The notes beneath the pieces are model-generated. The model was not told the origin of the DNA. It worked only from the letters and a program-made list of their open reading frames with translations, and did not search any database. A stretch of 64,000 nucleotides of DNA, from NCBI GenBank assembly GCA_026390835.1, contig JAPLFD010000008.1:34396-98395 (forward strand), read 5' to 3'. The position numbers and the translations under genes were made by a program. The DNA comes from Sphingobacteriales bacterium. Its GTDB lineage: Bacteria > Bacteroidota > Bacteroidia > Sphingobacteriales > Sphingobacteriaceae. Position 1 is the first letter of the stretch. Each line of letters opens with the position of its first letter. This document shows positions 28,674 through 37,671 of this stretch, piece by piece.

Positions 28674-29519
28674 CACCAATTTTATAGTCTTATCAATAGT
28701 TTTACCCGGATTTTTAGAAAATTCGTATTTCACTCTGCTTGCTAAAATGGCATTTACCGATATGGCTTGGTGGCCTAAAATATTGGCTAAACCATAAATT
28801 CCTGAAGTTTCCATTTCTAAATTCGTTAGTCGCCAATTATCTTTTTTAATACCAGATAATTGCTTTATAAAATTTGGAATGGTTTTAGAAAAACGCAATT
28901 CACGGCCTTGTGGTGCATAAAATCCTGGGGCTGTAACTGTAATTCCACGGGGTAAATCTTTACCAATTTTACGCAAAAGTAGTTTGCTTCCGGCACATAC
29001 ATAAGGTTTAAAAGATTTAAAAGCAGGGGCTTGGCTATTTATTGCCCTTAAAATAGCTTTTTCTTCTCGGCTGGCTTCATAGGTGTAAAAGGCCATCAAG
29101 GCATCAAGGCCAACAGCGTATTCAGATACCAAAATACTATCAATAGGAATATCGGCCTGAATGGTTCCAGATGTTCCAATACGTATAATGTTTAAGCTTT
29201 TAAGTTTTTCTAAATACACTCTCCGATCAAGATCTATATTTACCAATGCATCCAATTCATTAAGTACAATATCTATATTATCGGTTCCAATACCTGTAGA
29301 TATTACACTAATTCGTTTCGAACCTATATAGCCAGTATGGGTAATAAATTCACGCTTTCCTTTGCGTAATTCTACTTTATCGAAGTGCTTGCTTACTTCG
29401 CCCACCCGATCGGGATCGCCAACAGTAATAATATCATCAGCAAGATCTTCAGGCAAAATGTTTAGATGATATACGCTACCATCTTTATTTAAAATGAGGT
29501 CTGTCGTAGTAATTTTCAT
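28650..29519 (-). CDS. nucleoside phosphorylase, PNP/UDP-1 family (uridine-phosphorylase-like)
   Basis: 289 aa. The stretch ...YHLNILPEDLADDIITVGDPDRV... resembles the Udp N-terminal motif, and EMETSG lies near the C-terminus. It is convergent with mqnA, and the two 3' ends overlap by 24 nt. Confidence 0.7.
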   Translation of the reverse strand: MKITTTDLILNKDGSVYHLNILPEDLADDIITVGDPDRVGEVSKHFDKVELRKGKREFITHTGYIGSKRISVISTGIGTDNIDIVLNELDALVNIDLDRRVYLEKLKSLNIIRIGTSGTIQADIPIDSILVSEYAVGLDALMAFYTYEASREEKAILRAINSQAPAFKSFKPYVCAGSKLLLRKIGKDLPRGITVTAPGFYAPQGRELRFSKTIPNFIKQLSGIKKDNWRLTNLEMETSGIYGLANILGHQAISVNAILASRVKYEFSKNPGKTIDKTIKLVLERTCQL

Positions 29520-29749
29520 GGTATTTATAGATAAATTAACCTCAAGTTATTAATATTTTCTAATTGTATAATAATTTATAACAAAAAATTTGTCTAATTT
29601 GAATTAATAGCTAGTATTCGGTCTGTAATTCAGATTTGATTCCTTTTCCAACCTCTTCCGATTGAATAGGGAAGATGTAGCCAATAAAATCTCTACCTTT
29701 TTATTAATAGTTGGTTGTAAAATGGTTAAATACGAATCGTTGTATACGT

Positions 29750-30628
29750 TTAGGCAAGTGAAATTAAAACAATAGCTATCACGGCTAAGCCAATGCCTAT
29801 ATAATTTAATCGACTTAACTTTTCTTTAAATAGCCATAAACCCACCAATGAACCTAAAGCAATTACGCCAATATTCATGCTGGTAAAGACAATAGAAGGT
29901 TGTGTGCTCAGGGCTTTATGGGCTTTTAAATAGAATAAAATATTCCCGAAATTAAAAGCACCCAACACCATACCGAAGATCATATTTTTGAGTTTTAAGT
30001 GTTCCTTTTTCATCCAGCGGTTATAGGCCAATAGGATTAGTGAAACGAATAAGGCTAAAATAAATACCCAAAACAATGAGGTGGTAAAGGGAATTTCGGA
30101 AAGTGTAGCCAATTGTTTAAAAAACACATCAATAATACCCATTCCAATAAATACAAGTAACGGATATAGCCAAGAAAGCTTGGCGTTTGATTGATCAGTT
30201 TTCCAAGGAATGGATAAAAGTACAGCAACAATACCAACGGCTATGGCTATTAATTTCTGATTAGAAATGTGTTCTCCAAAAAGTAAAAAAGCCGCTAATA
30301 AAGGTATAAGGAGAGATAATCGTTGAGCAATATCGGTACGCACTATGCCCGATTTGTTTACAGATATGGCCAAAATGATAAATATGGTGGGTAGTAAAAC
30401 ACCCAATAGGGCATAAGTACCAAAAAGACTTTCTGTAGGAAAATTGAGACTCGGGTTAAATATGAACAAGCAGGCCGAAGCAGCAACTACGTAATTTACG
30501 AGTATGGCTTGTACCATATTTACCTCATAGCGCTTGGCTACTTTTAGTAAAATGGAAACAAGTACGCTGCAAAAAATACTTATAAATACGTAAAACATGG
30601 CTGGTATAATGTATTGCAAAATAAGCAA
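29750..30628 (-). CDS. DMT/EamA-family permease
   Basis: 292 aa with about 10 hydrophobic helices arranged as two EamA-like halves. Confidence 0.7.
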   Translation of the reverse strand: MLILQYIIPAMFYVFISIFCSVLVSILLKVAKRYEVNMVQAILVNYVVAASACLFIFNPSLNFPTESLFGTYALLGVLLPTIFIILAISVNKSGIVRTDIAQRLSLLIPLLAAFLLFGEHISNQKLIAIAVGIVAVLLSIPWKTDQSNAKLSWLYPLLVFIGMGIIDVFFKQLATLSEIPFTTSLFWVFILALFVSLILLAYNRWMKKEHLKLKNMIFGMVLGAFNFGNILFYLKAHKALSTQPSIVFTSMNIGVIALGSLVGLWLFKEKLSRLNYIGIGLAVIAIVLISLA

Positions 30629-30690
30629 AACATTCGTTTTTTGAATCTTATTCTAGCTTTTTTACCAAAGCTTTTATTTAATTTGCAGCG

Positions 30691-31545
30691 ATGACTTTTT
30701 CTGATCTCGAAAAACAGTTTAGTGCCGAATTAAGCGATATTTACGCTAAGGAGGAAGCAGCAATGCTTTGTTTCTTAAGCGTGCAACATCGCTTCAATTG
30801 GACGAAGGCAAGCTATCTCTTGAACAAGCAAGAAGTTATCTCTGATACAGATACAACCAACTTTTTAGACATCCTAAGTCAACTAAAAACCTCTAAACCC
30901 ATTCAATATATTTTGGGGGAAACTGATTTTTACGGACGCACATTTCGGGTAAACCCCGCCGTATTAATTCCAAGGCCCGAAACTGAAGAATTGGTAAAGT
31001 GGGTTTTAGAGACTGGTTCTACAAAAAACATTTCGCTACTGGATATTGGAACGGGGAGTGGCTGCATTGCTATCAGTTTAAAAATTGAAATACCCGAGGC
31101 GGAGGTAGTTGCTATAGACCTTTCGGCCGATGCCCTGGCGCTTGCTCAAGAAAATGCTTCATTACATAAAGCAGTTGTTACATTTATAGAAAAGGATGTA
31201 TTGCAGATGCATCCTACCGATTTAGCCACCACGTTTGATATGGTAGTGAGTAATCCACCATACATTGCACTGGCCGAAAAAGACAGCATGAAAGCCAATG
31301 TATTAGCAAATGAGCCACATCTAGCTCTTTTTGTACCCAATACTAATCCGCTAATTTTTTACGAACGCATTGCGGCTTTAGCTCAAGCAAAATTAAATCT
31401 TGGTGGGTTTCTGTTCTTCGAGATAAACGAACGTTTTGGAAAAGAGGTGCTAGCATTGCTAGTAAAAAAAGGGTTTAAACACGTAGAACTGCGTCAAGAT
31501 TTAAGTGGAAAAGACCGCATGGTAAAAGCACAATGGGTGGGCTAA
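30691..31545 (+). CDS. prmC: release-factor glutamine N5-methyltransferase
   Basis: 284 aa. SAM motif DIGTGSGCIA and the catalytic NPPY (VVSNPPYI). Confidence 0.88.
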   Translation: MTFSDLEKQFSAELSDIYAKEEAAMLCFLSVQHRFNWTKASYLLNKQEVISDTDTTNFLDILSQLKTSKPIQYILGETDFYGRTFRVNPAVLIPRPETEELVKWVLETGSTKNISLLDIGTGSGCIAISLKIEIPEAEVVAIDLSADALALAQENASLHKAVVTFIEKDVLQMHPTDLATTFDMVVSNPPYIALAEKDSMKANVLANEPHLALFVPNTNPLIFYERIAALAQAKLNLGGFLFFEINERFGKEVLALLVKKGFKHVELRQDLSGKDRMVKAQWVG

Positions 31546-32441
31546 CTACGCGGATGATATTGTAAAATGGTGCTTTTTAAATAGTCGCGATCTAGGTGCG
31601 TATAAATTTCGGTAGTGGTAATACTTTCGTGGCCTAGCATTTCTTGTACGGCCCGTAAATCGGCACCACCCTCTAATAAATGCGTAGCAAATGAATGTCT
31701 GAATGTATGCGGACTGATGGTTTTTTTGAGTCCAATTTTAGTAGCCAAGCCTTTAATAATTAAAAAAACCATCACTCTAGAAAGCGATGAGCCTCTATTG
31801 TTGAGAAATACCCAATCTTCTTGGCCAGGTTTTATTTTAAGGTGTACCCGAACCTCCTGAAGCCAAATTTGTAAGAATTTAGCCGCTTCGGAACCAATGG
31901 GTACCAAGCGTTCTTTGTTGCCTTTGCCTAGAATTTTCACCAGCTCAATATCTAAAAACAAGTTCGATATTTTTAAATCTACCACTTCCGATACCCGTAA
32001 ACCACAGCCGTAAAGCATTTCTAAAATGGCTTTGTTGCGCATTCCTTCTGGTTTAGAAAGATCTAGGGCATCTATTAAACTGTTTATTTCGTGTATGCTC
32101 AGCGTATCGGGTAGCTTTCGGCTCAGTTTCGGGCTTTCAAGTAGGGTAGTTGGATTGTCGCTCAATAGCCCTTCGAGAACCAAAAAGTGAAAAAAGGTTT
32201 TTATGCCCGATAAAATTCTAGCTTGAGAGCTGGCACTCATTCCACGGCCATGAATCCATGTAATAAATTCTTTTAAATCAGAAAAATCGACCTGGTTGAG
32301 GGATTTGCCTACCAGTTCACTTTCTAAAAAGCTTTCTAGTAGCGCCACATCACGCAAATAGGCTGCACTTGTATTGGCCGAAACCGAACGCTCGAGCTTT
32401 AAATACGCTTGAAATCCTTTAATTATTGACGCCCACTGCAC
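31542..32441 (-). CDS. xerD: tyrosine site-specific recombinase XerD/XerC type
   Basis: 299 aa. The C-terminal catalytic region is HTFRHSFATHLLEGGADLRAVQEMLGHESITTTEIYTH. There is no flanking mobile-element context. Confidence 0.85.
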   Translation of the reverse strand: MQWASIIKGFQAYLKLERSVSANTSAAYLRDVALLESFLESELVGKSLNQVDFSDLKEFITWIHGRGMSASSQARILSGIKTFFHFLVLEGLLSDNPTTLLESPKLSRKLPDTLSIHEINSLIDALDLSKPEGMRNKAILEMLYGCGLRVSEVVDLKISNLFLDIELVKILGKGNKERLVPIGSEAAKFLQIWLQEVRVHLKIKPGQEDWVFLNNRGSSLSRVMVFLIIKGLATKIGLKKTISPHTFRHSFATHLLEGGADLRAVQEMLGHESITTTEIYTHLDRDYLKSTILQYHPRS

Positions 32442-32460
32442 CTTTTTCGATTTTAAATTT

Positions 32461-32468
32461 TATGTTTG
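32461..32468 (+). promoter_or_regulatory. candidate -7 promoter element (TATGTTTG) abutting the aroQ start
   Basis: Exact TAnnTTTG match, 4 nt before the ATG at 32473. Confidence 0.45.
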
Positions 32469-32472
32469 AGTA

Positions 32473-32886
32473 ATGAATATCTATATCATCAACGGACCAA
32501 ATTTAAACTTACTTGGCATTAGAGAGAAATCTATTTATGGCGAACAAGGATTTGAGTCGTTTTTTGAGGACTTAAAAACACAATTTCCATCTGTAAATCT
32601 ACACTATTACCAAAGTAATATAGAGGGCGAATTGATAAATAAATTACACGAAATTGGTTTTATTGCCGATGGTATTATTTTTAATGCTGGTGGGTATACG
32701 CACACTTCCGTTGCCATTGCCGATGCCATTGCCGGCATAAAATCGCCAGTTATAGAGGTGCATATCTCAAACGTATATGCCCGTGAAGAGTACCGCCACG
32801 TTTCTTTGATGGCTAAAAATTGCAAAGGCGTAATTAGTGGCTTTGGTTTGGCTAGTTACAAGCTGGCTTTAGATAGCTTCTTATAA
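32473..32886 (+). CDS. aroQ: type II 3-dehydroquinate dehydratase
   Basis: 137 aa. INGPNLNLLG and NAGGYTHTSVA motifs. Confidence 0.92.
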   Translation: MNIYIINGPNLNLLGIREKSIYGEQGFESFFEDLKTQFPSVNLHYYQSNIEGELINKLHEIGFIADGIIFNAGGYTHTSVAIADAIAGIKSPVIEVHISNVYAREEYRHVSLMAKNCKGVISGFGLASYKLALDSFL

Positions 32887-33900
32887 TTTCTTGTAGGTTT
32901 TTTGTTTGCGCACAAAATATTGCCAAACAATGCTTCGTGGAAATAAGCCTATCGCATTAAAAGTCCCTTTCAGTTCTAAGGCTTTTACTTCATTTTTCCA
33001 AACTCGTTTTAAAAATTCTACATGTGCACGGCTAATGGCCCAGGCATTTTTAGGTTTTTTATCTACCAAAAACTTAACTAAACTCATAAAATCTAATAAA
33101 AAACGCAACACAATAATATAGATTCGTTTGTTTTTCGGAAGGTTTTTGTAGAGTATAAGGAGATTGTTTCGGAAGTTTAAAAAGGTTTTTTGCGGGCTTT
33201 CTGCTGATAAGGTGCCACCGCCAATATGGTAAACTCTAGCCGCAGGACAGTACCAAATTTGTTTACCTAGACGTTTTAAACGCCAACACAAATCAATTTC
33301 TTCCATGTGTGCAAAAAGACTTTCGTCAAAGCCACCTGCTAGTAGCCACGCATCTTTTTTGATAAAGAGGGCAGCACCGCTAGCCCAAAATATCTCAGTT
33401 GCTTGCTCGTATTGACCATAATCTTTTTCGATATTATCAAAAATGCGTCCTCTGCAAAAAGGATAGCCTAAAAAATCAATGAATCCACCGGCGGCTCCGG
33501 CATATTCAAAACTTGTTTTATCGGCATAACTTAAAATTTTAGGTTGAGCCGCTGCGGCATCAGGGTTTTTTTCTAATAAATCAACTACAGGTTCAATCCA
33601 ATCTGGTGTAACTTCTACATCCGAATTTAATAGTACAAAATAGTCGGCATCTACCTGAGCCAAAATATGGTTATATCCACCGGCAAAGCCATAGTTTTTA
33701 TCGTTTTCAATAACTTGTATTTGCGGATATTCTTGTTGAAGCCAAGCTACCGAAGTGTCTGTAGAAGCGTTGTCGCCCACTATAATAGCCAGATTTGGGT
33801 AGGTGCTGGCCAGTACCGAAGGCAGAAAATTAGCTAAGTGTTGTTGCCCATTCCAATTTAAAATAACAACAGCTACACGGGGATGTTTACTAGCACTCAT
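32881..33900 (-). CDS. family 2 glycosyltransferase
   Basis: VAVVILNWNG..., DNASTD and a DxD-like SDVE motif. I prefer the start MSASKHP at 33900, which forms an ATGA overlap with the upstream acyltransferase stop. Confidence 0.8.
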   Translation of the reverse strand: MSASKHPRVAVVILNWNGQQHLANFLPSVLASTYPNLAIIVGDNASTDTSVAWLQQEYPQIQVIENDKNYGFAGGYNHILAQVDADYFVLLNSDVEVTPDWIEPVVDLLEKNPDAAAAQPKILSYADKTSFEYAGAAGGFIDFLGYPFCRGRIFDNIEKDYGQYEQATEIFWASGAALFIKKDAWLLAGGFDESLFAHMEEIDLCWRLKRLGKQIWYCPAARVYHIGGGTLSAESPQKTFLNFRNNLLILYKNLPKNKRIYIIVLRFLLDFMSLVKFLVDKKPKNAWAISRAHVEFLKRVWKNEVKALELKGTFNAIGLFPRSIVWQYFVRKQKTYKKL

Positions 33901-34775
33901 GATGTTTTGGGTTGATGTTTCCAACGTTTGTGAGACCATAGCCAGTAAGCAGGGTTTGCAATAATGATGTTTTCTAATTTCTTATTGTATTTTTCAGTTA
34001 TCTCGTCTTCAGCCGTTGCCAATGGATTAGCCTCTAAAACCGAAAATTCAGCTTGGTAATACCCTCTTTTTATCCGTTCTACATGCATATACACAATGGG
34101 GCTCTTGGTGAGCTTCGCAATTTTTTCTAAGCCTTTAAAAACTGCTGTTTGTTGATTTAAAAAATCAACAAAATGCATATTATCTCTAGCCGAAGGGGTT
34201 TGATCACTCACCATAAAGGTGATAGTGGTTTCACCTTGGTGCTCTATAATAGTGCGAATGGATTGTTTCATGGGCACCATAAGAGCTCCGAATTGTGCTC
34301 TAATCCCATTTATAACTTTTTCTGCCGATTTATTGCTTAATGGCTTATACACCAAAATGGTTTTTACTGGTATTTGCAATGTTAAACCAGGGGCAGACCA
34401 TTCCCAATTGGCATAATGGCTCATGGCCAATAATATAGACTGTTTTTTATCGGTAAACTGGGTAATTATCTCCGGATTTTTTAAATGAAAACGTTTTTGA
34501 AAGCTCTTTTTACTCATGCTGAGTGATTTTAAACTTTCAATCAAATTGTCGGCTAAAAAACGGAAATAGGTTTTTTCAATAAGCAGGCGCTCTTGCTCGT
34601 TTTTAGTAGGGAAAGAACGGCGTAAATTATCGCGAACAACCTGCTTTCGGTAGCCAATAACACTATATAAAAGATAATAAAGCCCATCAGATAGAAAATA
34701 AAGCACGCTAAATGGCAATAAAGAAATCAGATAAAACAATCCGTAACTAATCCAAAATAATGGGTTGAGGGTCAT
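33897..34775 (-). CDS. lysophospholipid/lipid A late acyltransferase family protein (LpxL/HtrB-like)
   Basis: 292 aa with an N-terminal TM helix and an HX4(D/E)-type motif, SHYANWEW. Confidence 0.72.
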   Translation of the reverse strand: MTLNPLFWISYGLFYLISLLPFSVLYFLSDGLYYLLYSVIGYRKQVVRDNLRRSFPTKNEQERLLIEKTYFRFLADNLIESLKSLSMSKKSFQKRFHLKNPEIITQFTDKKQSILLAMSHYANWEWSAPGLTLQIPVKTILVYKPLSNKSAEKVINGIRAQFGALMVPMKQSIRTIIEHQGETTITFMVSDQTPSARDNMHFVDFLNQQTAVFKGLEKIAKLTKSPIVYMHVERIKRGYYQAEFSVLEANPLATAEDEITEKYNKKLENIIIANPAYWLWSHKRWKHQPKTS

Positions 34776-34853
34776 GTAGGCTTTGTATACTATTTGCTAA
34801 TCGTATCTGATTGTTTAGTTTTGGATAAAATCTATACAAACATAAAATTTCGG

Positions 34854-35459
34854 ATGCATAAAGCCACCATTTTCCCATTATTTTATCTGCCACCCATCCA
34901 TTATTTCACGGCATTAAAACAAAGTCAAGGTGATATCTTACTCGAAATGCACGAACATTTTCCGAAACAAACCTACCGCAACAGGGCTTCTATTCATTCG
35001 CCAAATGGCAAATTAGATCTTATTGTGCCTGTAGAAAGAGGAGCAGAGGTGCATAGGCCTATTAAAGATATTCGAATTAGCTATGAGTTTAATTGGCAAC
35101 GCATTCATTGGTTGAGTTTGCAAACAAGTTATCGCAGTTCGGCATTTTTCGAATTTTATGAAGATGATTTTGCTCCCTTTTATGAGAAAAAATGGGAGTT
35201 CTTGGTAGATTATAACCAAGAGTTATTGGAATTAATGAGCCGTTTAATAAAGCTAGATTTTTCATTTACATCCACAAAAGAGTATAAATCTGTAGAAAAA
35301 GAGCTAGATTTTAGAACAGCTATTCATCCTAAAAAAGATCACATATTTAGTGTTTCTCCGTATTATCAGGTATTTGAAGACCGGAATGGCTTTATAGAAA
35401 ATTTGAGTGTAGTAGATTTGTTATTTAATCAAGGCCCACACACTAGAAACTATATATAA
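34854..35459 (+). CDS. WbqC-family protein
   Basis: 201 aa counted from MHKATIFPLFYLPPIHYF. The size, QTYRNR motif and C-terminal SVVDLLFN match my recollection of WbqC-like proteins. The ORF-track start at 34794 is a TTG extension. Confidence 0.55.
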   Translation: MHKATIFPLFYLPPIHYFTALKQSQGDILLEMHEHFPKQTYRNRASIHSPNGKLDLIVPVERGAEVHRPIKDIRISYEFNWQRIHWLSLQTSYRSSAFFEFYEDDFAPFYEKKWEFLVDYNQELLELMSRLIKLDFSFTSTKEYKSVEKELDFRTAIHPKKDHIFSVSPYYQVFEDRNGFIENLSVVDLLFNQGPHTRNYI

Positions 35460-35463
35460 TTGT

Positions 35464-35495
35464 AAAAGCCTTTACCAGTACTGGTAAAGGCTTTT
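35464..35495. terminator. bidirectional intrinsic terminator (perfect palindrome) between convergent genes
   Basis: AAAAGCCTTTACCAG (35464-35478) pairs with CTGGTAAAGGCTTTT (35481-35495). A-runs and T-runs sit on both sides, so it can terminate on either strand. Confidence 0.8.
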
Positions 35496-35516
35496 ACAAA
35501 CTAGGATTCTTAATTA

Positions 35517-36395
35517 TTACTTTCTCAAGGTAATTTCTTTGGTTTTTCCATTAGCACTTAGGGTAGCTTTATTGTCGCAAGTACCCGTTCCGTAATCTAG
35601 TGTTAGCTGAGGGCGACCAGTTATGTTGATTAATAATTTACCAGAACTAATGTAAAGACAAGCCACTTTTTTAACCAATGGTTCTAAGGTAGTGTATGAA
35701 TAGGTTTTACCTCCAGCAGAGGTAGCGCTTAAACTTCCGCTCATAGAAAATTCATCATCGGTTGGGCTAGTATTCGAATTTTCTATCCAGGTAATGGTTT
35801 TTACCGCGGTTAAGGTAGATATTAAGCCAGTTGCACGAATACGAGAATTGTTTATGGTAACTGTAAAACTGTAATTACCGGCTGCATTTGGCCCGTTATT
35901 TACGATAGATTTAGTACCTTCAATCTTATCGCCATTGATGTAAAAATTATCAAAGCTAATATTAATGGTGGTGCCAGCTTGTTTAAAACGACCGCTAAAA
36001 ACGGCTATAATTTTCCCTTTTTTCAATTTTCCACCATCGTCGCAACCTGTACCATAATCTATAGTCACAGTTTTAGGAAATACGTTACCACTCGGACTTA
36101 CCGTAACGGTTCTGCAGGTAGTATTTGGTATTAACCATGATGAGGAAGTGGTAGCATCTGTGGCTAAGCCCGTTGAATTAGTTACCGGCACGTCGAATAA
36201 ACTCACATTTTGTGAACTGATTAAGAATAAATCATTGAAGGTGTCGGTTACAGTCTCGTCACCTTGAGCGCTTTCAATCACCGTGTCGGAATCTGTTGTG
36301 CTAATTTCTTCTGTTTTTTTACAAGAAGATACAAATGTTAAGGTAGCTAAGCATGCTACCGTAAAGTAGGTGTACACGTTCTTTTTCATTTTCAT
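35517..36395 (-). CDS. lipoprotein, hypothetical
   Basis: The start MKMKKNVYTYF... is followed by a lipobox (FVSSC). The mature part is Thr/Ser/Gly-rich and beta-strand-like, with a twice-occurring DYGTG(T)C motif. I recognise no family. Confidence 0.6.
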   Translation of the reverse strand: MKMKKNVYTYFTVACLATLTFVSSCKKTEEISTTDSDTVIESAQGDETVTDTFNDLFLISSQNVSLFDVPVTNSTGLATDATTSSSWLIPNTTCRTVTVSPSGNVFPKTVTIDYGTGCDDGGKLKKGKIIAVFSGRFKQAGTTINISFDNFYINGDKIEGTKSIVNNGPNAAGNYSFTVTINNSRIRATGLISTLTAVKTITWIENSNTSPTDDEFSMSGSLSATSAGGKTYSYTTLEPLVKKVACLYISSGKLLINITGRPQLTLDYGTGTCDNKATLSANGKTKEITLRK

Positions 36396-36501
36396 TGTTG
36401 TTTGGGTTTTCAATTTATTGTTTTGGTTTATTGCTTTGATAAAGTTAAACAATAAAGGTTTAACCAACTATTATTATTTTTTAAAATTGGCCTTTTAATT
36501 C

Positions 36502-36509
36502 TACTTTTG
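36502..36509 (+). promoter_or_regulatory. candidate -7 promoter element (TACTTTTG)
   Basis: Exact TAnnTTTG match, 16 nt before the ATG at 36526. Confidence 0.45.
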
Positions 36510-36525
36510 GAAGCAAATTACAGCT

Positions 36526-37671
36526 ATGAAATTCGGAACCAAAGCCATACATGCTGGCCAAGAGCCAGATCCAACAACAGGAGCCATAATGACTCCTATT
36601 TTCCAAACCTCTACGTATTGGCAAGAATCGCCTGGTAAGCATAAAGGTTATGCCTATGCTCGAGGTAAAAATCCAACTAGAAAGGCTTTGGAAGATTGTT
36701 TGGCTGCCTTAGAAAATGTACAATTTGGTTTAGCGTTTTCCAGTGGAATGGGTGCCACCGATACGGTAATGAAATTGCTTAAACCAGGTGATGAAGTGAT
36801 TACTGGAAACGATTTATATGGCGGTTCTTACCGCATGTTTACCCAAATATTTGCTCATTACGGCATCAAATTTCATTTTATTGATTTGGACGATGCGGCC
36901 AATATTAGCAACTATGTTACTGAAAACACCAAGTTAATTTGGATAGAAACACCTACCAATCCAACTATGCGCATTGTTGATATTTCAGCAGCAGCCACGA
37001 TTGCTAAATCAAACAATCTGCTTTTGGTGGTCGATAATACCTTTGCTTCACCGTATTTACAAAACCCTATTGATTTGGGTGCCGATATCGTGATGCACTC
37101 AGCAACAAAATATTTGGGTGGACACTCCGATGTAATTATGGGGGCTTTACTTACCAACCGTCAGGATTTATTTGATAAACTAGCCTTTATTCAGAATTCA
37201 TGTGGTGCCGTACCAGGGCCAATGGATTGCTTTTTGGTGCTAAGAGGATTAAAAACCTTGCATTTACGCATGAAAGCGCATTGCGAAAATGGGCGTAAAG
37301 TAGCCGAATATTTAAAAAATCATCCGAAAGTAGAAGTGGTGTATTGGCCAGGTTTTGTAGATCATCCCAATCATGAAATCGCAAAAAAACAAATGCGTGA
37401 TTTTGGTGGCATGATTTCCTTCAGTACCAAAGGAGCTACTTTAGAATCAACGTTTAAGTTAGCTTCTTCCTTTAAAATATTTTCATTAGCCGAATCTTTA
37501 GGTGGGGTAGAATCGCTCATAAACCACCCTGCAACTATGACACATGCTTCTATACCAAAAGTCGAACGTGATAAAGCAGGTGTAACCGATACCTTATTAC
37601 GTTTAAGCGTTGGGGTAGAAGATGCCGAAGATATTTTAGCCGATTTAGAACAAGCTTTAGCCCGAATTTAA
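36526..37671 (+). CDS. Cys/Met-metabolism PLP enzyme (cystathionine gamma-lyase/gamma-synthase family)
   Basis: 381 aa. PLP-lysine motif HSATKYLGGHSDV. It is a paralogue of 24928-26043. Confidence 0.85.
   Translation: MKFGTKAIHAGQEPDPTTGAIMTPIFQTSTYWQESPGKHKGYAYARGKNPTRKALEDCLAALENVQFGLAFSSGMGATDTVMKLLKPGDEVITGNDLYGGSYRMFTQIFAHYGIKFHFIDLDDAANISNYVTENTKLIWIETPTNPTMRIVDISAAATIAKSNNLLLVVDNTFASPYLQNPIDLGADIVMHSATKYLGGHSDVIMGALLTNRQDLFDKLAFIQNSCGAVPGPMDCFLVLRGLKTLHLRMKAHCENGRKVAEYLKNHPKVEVVYWPGFVDHPNHEIAKKQMRDFGGMISFSTKGATLESTFKLASSFKIFSLAESLGGVESLINHPATMTHASIPKVERDKAGVTDTLLRLSVGVEDAEDILADLEQALARI

Noticed and set aside
29520-29749. 230-nt AT-rich intergenic region as a possible small RNA or tRNA locus
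   Set aside because: It contains only a 6-bp hairpin (TCTTCC/GGAAGA) with no T-run. There is no tRNA-like cloverleaf or T-loop motif and no promoter box. It is most simply the phosphorylase promoter region plus the permease 3' end.
31542-32441. Tyrosine recombinase as a possible integrase marking a mobile element
   Set aside because: Its size (299 aa) and C-terminal motif pattern match chromosomal XerD/XerC. It is flanked by prmC and aroQ with overlapping stops. There is no tRNA, no direct repeats, and no cargo genes.
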